A stretch of DNA of 64,000 bases, taken from the NCBI RefSeq assembly GCF_009914755.1, contig NC_060926.1; one strand, given 5' to 3'. This document shows, one piece after another, positions 53,377 through 64,000 of the stretch. The notes below the pieces were generated by a model that was given only the letters and a program-made list of their open reading frames with translations, did not search any database and had not been told where the DNA came from. The first letter of the stretch is position 1. The number at the start of each line of letters is the position of its first letter. Position numbers and translations under genes: made by a program. The DNA comes from the human T2T-CHM13v2.0 reference genome, Homo sapiens.

Positions 53377-54560
53377 ACATCATCAGTTTCATGTTTGAAA
53401 TTCCTTGGTGGCTTCCTGTTAGCAAAAAGGCAAAAATCCATGTTTTTCACTTGGATATACAAGTTGCTCTGCAAGCAGACATCAAAACTACCTTCTTGAA
53501 GTTTCTCCTCATGACACACACCATCATCCCTTCCAAACCTGCTATATAGCTTTCCCCATTTGCTGTGGCTGCCCCAGACCCATTGTCTGATGTGCTGTTA
53601 CCCAGTGATTTTGCCCAACAAATTCCTCCTTCATCCTACAAATCAAAGTTTGAAAACCAGCTCTTTGCAACAATGCTGTAACTCTCTAGGATATTAACCG
53701 CGATTTTCTTATTATCTCTGCAAAATACCCCCAGATTGCAAGATACTGTATCTGTTTATGCCTGCCTCTCTCAATTAGCAAAGTTCTTCTTAAAAGATTA
53801 GATTAGACCTTACTCATTATGTTAGCAAAATGTTTGACATATGTTTAATAAGCAATAATTGATTGAATCGGATGAAGTTAGGAAAGGATTACTTTGGTGC
53901 TGATTATTTAGATCAGCTCCCTGACCCTAAACTCTTTTTATGTTTTGGCATACACTGAAAACTTTGTGTGTACTGTCCCAATAATAAGTGAAGAAAGTTG
54001 TCCTTGGAGAAGGAGGCCAGCCAGGGTCCAGCCACTCGAAAGGCCAGAACACGAATGCAATCAATATCTCTGCCCATCTGAAGCTCACTTGAAACTCAGT
54101 AGAGGAGTCACTCTAGAATGAGAGGCTAAAACTCCAATCGGAACTCATTTCTGTGCTCTCTGTGCTTCACTTTGGTTTAGCAAGGATGAAAATCTTTTCT
54201 ATGTTGGATCTCAAGTTTCAGAGCCAGTTAGAAACAGAGTCAGGATTTTTTCCAATCTACTCATTTATCCTAGGGCTCTGTGGTCCAGTTCCCTGGGGAA
54301 CAGCCCCTCATGTAAGAAAAATATATAATTATACTGAAACATGCATATAAATATGTGCATATACATTATATTTATTCAAATTATTTATAAAATATATACA
54401 TATAAAACCTTATATATATGGTATTCAGATAAACTTAAACTACATATAATAGTGCTGTTTATTTTTTGCCATTAAAAAAGAGGGATTTGCAGAAATATTG
54501 TGGAGTTTAGACATGAATTATCTTGGCTCATAACACATTCAGTACATGTGTTCATAAAAA

Positions 54561-54851
54561 GAGCTGGAGGCCATCATCCTAAGTGAACTAACACAGGACC
54601 AGAAAACCAAATTCTGTATGTTCTCACCATAAGTGGGAGCTAAACTTTGAGTACACATATGCATATGTGTACTTGAGGGTGGAGGGTAGAAGGAGGATGA
54701 GGATCAAAAAACTACTTATCAGGTACTCTTCTGATTACTTGGGTGATGAATAATCTGTACACCAAACCCCTGTGACACATAGTTTACCTATAAAACAAAC
54801 ATGCACATATATCCCTGAACTTAAATTAAAAGTAAAATAATTATAATTACA
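54561..54851 (+). mobile_element. 5'-truncated L1PA15/16-type 3' end
   Basis: GAGCTGGAGGCCATCATCCTAAG...ACACCAAACCCC...CCCTGAACTTAAATTAAAAG. Probable TSD AAAAAGAGCT 54556-54565 / AAAAAAAGCT 54852-54861. Confidence 0.88.
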
Positions 54852-55947
54852 AAAAAAAGCTTAAAAACAGAATCCACTTTAAAACTGTCTGAGAGGAAAA
54901 ACAGGGTTTTATCATTTATTTAAATAATGGGCCAGGAGTAAATAAAATTGAAAAATGCAAAATGGGAATAATTACCCAACTCAAGAGATCTTGCCTAGGT
55001 CATTTACAAACACTGTATTTTTTGTAATTACAAATAATCCATTTTTCAGGCAAAATGCAACCTGATTTTTGTATGAATCCTGTCTGAGGGTTGTGGTTGC
55101 ATTTAACCCTGGATTTTATTTTCTTTACCTTTAATGCCAAGCAAAGAATGCTGTTTATTTTGTGTTAGTCACTCACATTCAAATGAGCTCTGTGACATTT
55201 ACCAGAATGCTGAATTCCTAGACTGAAGGCTATTATGTAGTTCACTATTACATTTATAAACAACACAGTCTCCAGTCCAAAAAATGCTATTCACTTCTAA
55301 TTTCCATGTACCTTATTCATTTACATGTATTAATGAAAAAAGCTTAAGACCTGTAGTTACATATGCACAGCAGTAAAAGAGGTTTCACATTTTTCTCTGA
55401 GCTCCTGACCCTAATATTATAAATGACCAACTTGTCCCTTAGAGCTGTGTTTTTATTTTTTTGTAGTGTTACTTAAATTTCAAACAAAATATTACAGAGG
55501 AATCTAAGATATAGCATGGAAAAAATATTTTAAAAATCAGAATTGTGGTGGCTGGCAAGATGGCCAAATAGGAACAGCTCCAGTCTGCACCTCCCAGCGA
55601 GATCAACACAGAAGGCAGGTGATTTCTGAATTTCCAGTTGAGGTACCCGGCTCATCTCATTGGGACTGTTTAGACAGTAGGTGCAGGAGGGCAAGCTGAA
55701 GCAGGATGGGGAGTCACCTCACACAGGAAGCACAAGGGGTTGGGGAATTCCCTACCCTAGCCAAGGGAAGCTGTGAGGGACTGTGCCATGAGGAACAGTG
55801 CATTCCAACCCAGATACTATGCTTTTCCCATGGTCATCACAACCTAAAACCAGGAAATTCCCTCCGCTGCCTATACCACCAGGGCCCTGGGTTTCAAACA
55901 CAAAACTGGGTGGGCATTTGGGCAGACACTGAGCTAGCTGCAGGAGT

Positions 55948-56163
55948 TTATTTTGTGGCACCTGGAATGCCAGCAACACAGAACTGTTCACTCTCCTGGA
56001 AAGGGGGCTGAAGCCAGAAAGCCAAGAGGTCTAGCTCAGCAGATCCCACCCCCACAGAGCCAAGCAAGCTAAGATCCACTGGCTTGAAATTCTTGCTGCC
56101 AGCACAGCAGTCTGAAGTCGACCTGGAATGCTCCAGCTTGGTGTGGGGAAGGGTGTCCACCAT
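55948..56163 (-). other. L1 ORF0-homologous antisense ORF (71 aa, open)
   Basis: MVDTLPHTKLEHSRSTSDCCAGS...GSVGVGSAE aligns by eye with the recalled ORF0 N-terminus (MAGAPPPASLPPCSLISDCCAS...DSVGVGPSE). The ATG lies in GTAATGG context. Confidence 0.6.
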
Positions 56164-56870
56164 TACTGAGGCTTGAGTAGGCAGTTTTCTCCTCGCAATG
56201 TAAACAAAGCCACCAGGAAGTTCGGACTGGGCGGAGCCAACCACAGCTCAGCAAAGCCACTGTAGCCAGACTGCCTCTCTAGATTCCTCCTCTCTGGGCA
56301 GGGCATCCCTGAAAGAAAGGCAGCAGCCCCAGTCAGGGCTTAAAGATAAAACTCCTATCTTCCTGGGACAGGGCACCTGGGGGAAGGGGTGGATGTGGGC
56401 ACAGCTTCAGCAGCCTTAAACATTCATGCCTGCTGGCTCTGAAGAGAGCAGTGGATTTCCCAGCACAACACTCGAACTCTGCTAAGGGACAGACTGCCTC
56501 CTCAAGTGGGTCCCTGACCCCCATGCCTCCTGACTGGGAGACACCTCCTAGCAAGGGTCGACAGACACCTCTTATAGGAGAGCTCCGGCTGGCACCTGGC
56601 GGGTGCCTCTCTGGGATGAAGCTTCCAGAGGAAGGTACAGGCAGTAATCTTTGCTGTTCTGCAGCCTCCACTGGTGATACCCAGGCAAACAGGGTCTGGA
56701 GTGGACCTCCAGGAAACTCCAGCAGATCTGCAGCAGAGGGGCCTGACTGTTAGAAGAAAAGCTAACAAACAGAAAGGGATAGCATCAACATCAACAAAAA
56801 GGACATCCACACAAAAACCCCACCTGAAAGTCACCAACATCAAAGACTAAAGGTACATAAATACATGAAG

Positions 56871-57906
56871 ATGAGGAAAAACCAGCCCAAAAAGGCTGAA
56901 AATTCCAAAAACCAGAACACCTCTTTTCCTCCAAAGCATCACAACTCCTCGCCAGCAAGGGAACAAAACTGGATGGAGAATGAGTTTGATGAATTGACAG
57001 AAATCGGCTTCAGAAGGTGGGGAAAAACAAACTCCTCCAAGCTAAAGGAGCATGCTCTAACCCAATGCAAGGAAGCTAAGAACTTTGAAAAAAGGTTAGA
57101 GGAATTGCTAACTAGAATAACCAGCTTAGAGAAGAACATAAATGACCTGATGAAGCTGAAAAACACAGCACGAGAACTTTGTGAAGCATACACGAGTATC
57201 AATATCTGAATCGATCAAGCAGAAGAAAGGATATCAGAGATTGAAGACCAACTTCATGAAATAAAGCATGAAGACAAGATTAGAGAAACAAGAATGAAAA
57301 GGAATAAACAAAGCCTCCAAGAAATATGGGACTATGTGAAAAGACCAAAACTACATTTGATTGGTGCAACTGAAAGTGACGGGGAGAATGGAACCAAGTT
57401 GGAAAACACTCTTCAGGATATTATCCAGGAGAACTTCCCCAGCCTCACAAGACAGGCCAACATTCAAATTCAGGAAATACAGAGAATACTACAAAGATAC
57501 TCCTTGAGAAGAGCAACTCCAAGACACATAATCATCAGATTTACCAAGGTTGAAATGAAGGAAAAAATGTTAAGCGCAGCCAGAGAGAGAGGTCAGGTTT
57601 CCTCTCTCAGCAGGTTTCCTCTCTCAGGTTTCCTCTCTCAGTGGATCTCTCAGCAGAAACTCTACAAGCCAGAAATGAGTGGGGGCCAATATTCAACATT
57701 CTTAAATAAAAGAATTTTCAACCCAGAATTTCATATCCGGCCAAACTGAGCTCATAAGCAAAGGAAAAATAAAATCCCTTACAGACTAGCAAATGCTGAG
57801 AGATTTTGTCACCATTGGGCCTACCTTACAAGAGCTCTTGAAGGAAGCACTAAATATGGAAAGGAACAACTGGCACTAGCCACGGCAAAAACATACCAAA
57901 TTGTAA
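56871..57906 (+). pseudogene. L1 ORF1p, disrupted
   Basis: ORFs 56865..57209 and 57294..57749 (SLQEIWDYVKRP, IIQENFP, TPRHII). Premature TGA at 57207-57209 and a frameshift near 57600. Confidence 0.93.
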
Positions 57907-57969
57907 AGACCATCAACACTATAAAGAAACTGCATTAACTAACCGGCAAAATAACCAGCTAGCATCATA

Positions 57970-60900
57970 ATGACAGGATCAAATTCACACACAACAATAT
58001 TAACCTTAAATGTAAATGGGCTAAATGTCCCAGTTAAAAGACACAGAGTGGCAAATCAGACAAAAAGTCAAGACTTATCAGTGTGCTGTATTCAGGAGAC
58101 CCATCTCACATGCAAAGAAACACATGGGCTCAAAATAAAGGGAGGGAGGAATATTTACCAGGAAAATGGAAAGCAATAAAAAGCAGGGGTTGCAATCCTA
58201 GTCTCTGATAAAACAGACTTTAAACCAACAAAGATCAAAAAAGACAAAAAAAGGTTTACATTATGGTAAAGGGATCAATGCAACAAGAAGAGCTAACTAT
58301 CCTAAATATATATGCACCCAATACAGGAGCACCCAGATTCATAAAGCAAGTTCTTAGAGCCCTACAAAGAGACTTAGACTCCCACACAATAATAGTTGGA
58401 GACTTTAACACCCCACTCTCAATATTAGACAGATCAACGAGACAGAAAATTAACAAGAATATTCAGGACTTGAACTCAGCTCTGGATCAAGTGCACCTAA
58501 TAGACATCTACATAACTCTCCACCCCAAATCAACAGAATATACATTCTTCTCAGCAACACATGGCACTGATTCTAAAATTCACCACATAATTGGAAGTAA
58601 AACACTCCTCAGCAAATGCAAAAGAAGGGAAATCATAGCAAACAGTCTCTCAGATCACTGTGCAATCAAATTAGAGCTCAGAATTAAGAAACTCACTCAA
58701 AACTGCACAACTACATGGAAACTGAACAACCTGCTCCTGAATGCTACTGGGTAAATAATGAAATTAAGGCAGAATAAGTAAGTTCTTTGAAACCAATGAG
58801 AACAAAGATACAATGTACCAGAATCTCTGGAACACAGCGAAAGCAGTATTTAGAGGGAAATTTATAGCACTACATGCCCACAGAAGAAGGCAAGAAGGAT
58901 CTAAAATCGACACCCTAACATCACAATTAAAATAACTAGAGAAGCAAGAGCAAACAAATTCAAAAGTTAGCAGAAGAGAAGAAATAACTAAGATCAGAGC
59001 AGAACTGAAGGAGATAGAGAAATGAAAAACCCTTCAAAAAATCAATGAATCCAGGAGCTGTTTTTTTTGAAAAGATTAACAGAATAATTGATCGCTAGCC
59101 AGACTAATAAAGAAGAAAAAGGAGAAGAATCAAATAGACACAATAAAAAATGACAAAGGGGATAACATCACTGATCCCACAGAAATACAAAGTATCATCA
59201 GAGAACACCTCTATGCAAATAAACTAGAAAATCTAGAAGAAATGGTTAAATTCCTGGACACATACACCCGCCCAAGACTAAACCAGGAAGAAGTCGAATC
59301 CCTGACCAATAACAAGTTCTAAAATTGAGGCAGTAATTACAGCCTACCAACCAAAAAAAGCCCAGGACCAGATAGATTGATAGCCGAATTCTACCAGAGG
59401 TATAAAGAGGAGCTGGTACCATTCCTTCTGAAACTATTCCAAACAATAGAAAAAAAGGGACTCCTCCCTAAATCATTTTCTGAGGCTAGCATCATCCTGC
59501 TACCAAAACGTGGCAGAGACACAACAAAAAAATAAAATTTCAGGCCAATATCCCTGATGAACATTGATGTAAAAATCCTCAACAAAATACTGACAAACCA
59601 AATCCAGCAGCACATCAAAAAGTGTATCCACCACGATCAAGTCGGCTTCATCCCTGGGATGCAAGGCTGTTTCAACATACACAAATCAATAAACATAATT
59701 CATCACATAAACAAAACCAATGACAAAAACCACATGATTATCTCAAGAGATGCACAAAAGGCTTTCAATAAAATTCAACACCAGTTCATGCTAAAAACTC
59801 TCAATAAACTAGGTACTGATGGAACGTATCTCAAAATAATGAGCTATTTATGACAAACCCACAGCCAATATCATATTGACTGAGCAAAAGCTGGAAGCAT
59901 TCCTTTTGAAAACCGACACAAGACAGGATGCCATCTCTCACCACTCCTTTTCAACATAGTATTGGAAGTTCTGGTCAGGACAACCAGGCAAATGAAAGAA
60001 ATAAAGCGTATTCAAATAGGAAGAGAGGAAGTCAAATTGTCTCTGTTTGCAGATGACATGATTGTATATTTAGAAAATCCCATCATCTCAGCCCAAACTC
60101 TCCTTAAGCTGATAAAGCTTAAGCTAAGCAAAGTCTCAGGATACAAAATAAATGTGCAAAAATCACAAGCATTCCTATACACCAATAATAGACAAACAGA
60201 GAGCCAAATCATGAGTGAACTCCCATTTACAATTGCTACAAAGAGAATAAAATACCTAGGAATACAACTTACAAGGGGTGTGAAGGACCTCTTCAAGGAG
60301 AATGAAAAACCACTGCTCAAGGAAATAAGAGACCACACAAACTAATGGAAAAACATTCCATGCTCATGGATGGGAAGAATCAATATCATGAAAATGGCCA
60401 AAATGCCCAAAGTAATTTATAGATTCAATGCTATCCCCATCAAGCTACCATTGACTTTCTTCACAGAATTACAAAAACTACTTTACATTTCATGTGGAAC
60501 CATAAAAGAGCCCATATACCCAAGACAGTCTGAAGCAAAAAGAACAAAACTGGAGGCATCACGCTACCTGACTTCAAACTATACTACAAGGCTACAGTAA
60601 CCAAAACTAGCATGGTACTGATACCAAAACAGATGTATAGACCAATGGAACAGAACAGAGGCCTTAGAAATAACTCCACACATCTACAACCATCTGGTCT
60701 TTAACAAACCTGACAAAAACAAACAATGGGGAAAGGATTCCCATTTAATAAATGGTGTTGGAAAAACTGGCTAGCCACATGCAGAAAACTGAAACTGGAC
60801 CCCTTCCTTATACCTTATAAAAAAATTAACTCAACGCTGGGTGCAGTGGCTCATGCCTGTAATCCCAGCACTTTGGGAGGCAGAGGCAGGCGGATCATGA

Positions 60901-61500
60901 AGTCAGGAGTTTGCGACCAGCCTGACCCACATGATGAAACCCCATCTCTACTAAAAATACAAAAATTAGCTGGGCGTGGTGGCACATGCCTGTAATCTCA
61001 GCTACTCAGGAGGCTGAGGCAGGATAATCACTTGAACTTGGGAGGCAGAGTTTGCAGCGAGCCGAGATCACACCACTACATTCCAGCCTCGGCCACAGAG
61101 CGAGACTCTGTCTCAAAATAAATAAATAAATAAATAACTCAAGATGGTTTAAAGACTTAAATGTAAGACCTAAAGCCATAAACACCCTACAAGAAAACCT
61201 TGGCAATACCATTCAGGACATAGGCATGGGCAAAGACTTCATGACTAAAACACAAAAAGCAACGGCAAAAAAAAGCCAAAATCAACAAATGGCATCTAAT
61301 TAAACTAAAGAGCTTCTGCACAGCAAAAGAAACTATCATCAGAGTGAACAGGCAACCTACAAAATGGGGGAAAATTTTTGCAATCTATCCATCTAACAAA
61401 GGGCTAATATCCAGAATCAACAAGGAATTTAAACAAATTTAAAAGAAAAAAAACAACCCCATCAAAATGTGGGTGAAGGATATAAACAGACACTTCTAAA
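57970..61500 (+). pseudogene. L1 ORF2p (EN/RT) of the L1PA8-like element, multiply disrupted
   Basis: EN motifs LTLNVNGLN, IQETH, NIYAP, GDFN, SDH and RT motif LFADDM, in separate frames with stops. Confidence 0.93.
60835..61134 (+). mobile_element. AluS (AluSg-like) nested in L1 ORF2
   Basis: Full dimer with (TAAA)n tail. Duplicated TAACTCAA at 60827-60834 and 61135-61142. Confidence 0.97.
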
Positions 61501-61512
61501 AAGAAGACGTTA

Positions 61513-63821
<2,309 letters not shown>

Positions 63822-64000
63822 AAGAAGACATTTATGCAGCCAACAAACATGAGAAAAACTCATCATCACTGGTCATTAGAGAAATGCAAATCAAAACCAC
63901 AATGAAATACCATCTCACACCAGTTAAAATGGCGATCATTAAAAAGTCAGGTAACAACAGATGCTGTAAAGAATGTGGAGAAACAGGAATGCTTTTATAC

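Overview
This is AT-rich primate genomic DNA, probably hominoid given an L1PA3-type 3' end. It is intronic or intergenic and dominated by transposable elements. I find no credible host protein-coding exon, RNA gene or CRISPR array. Every ORF with a recognisable product is a LINE-1 ORF1/ORF2/ORF0 remnant, or lies in LTR-internal or microsatellite sequence. Main elements: a near full-length L1PA8-like element (55547 to beyond the window end) carrying a nested AluS and a nested 5'-inverted L1PA3; a complete two-LTR THE1D/MST-type MaLR inside an L1MC1-like element; solo LTRs (LTR10-like, MER4-group, MLT1D, MLT2); a truncated MER34-like provirus; four Alus; and many old L1M, L2 and MIR pieces. I cannot support a new biological system here. 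The most unusual signals are mechanistic. Two miniature TSD-flanked L1 insertions consist of an inverted ORF2 piece plus poly(A): one appears to carry a 3' transduction (19.1 kb), the other ends just after an internal AATAAA (13.9 kb). There is also an open 71-aa ORF0-homologous antisense ORF in the L1PA8 5'UTR, and several fold-back or templated-insertion repair scars. Subfamily names and consensus comparisons come from recalled consensus sequences, not from a database search, and boundaries of old repeats are approximate.
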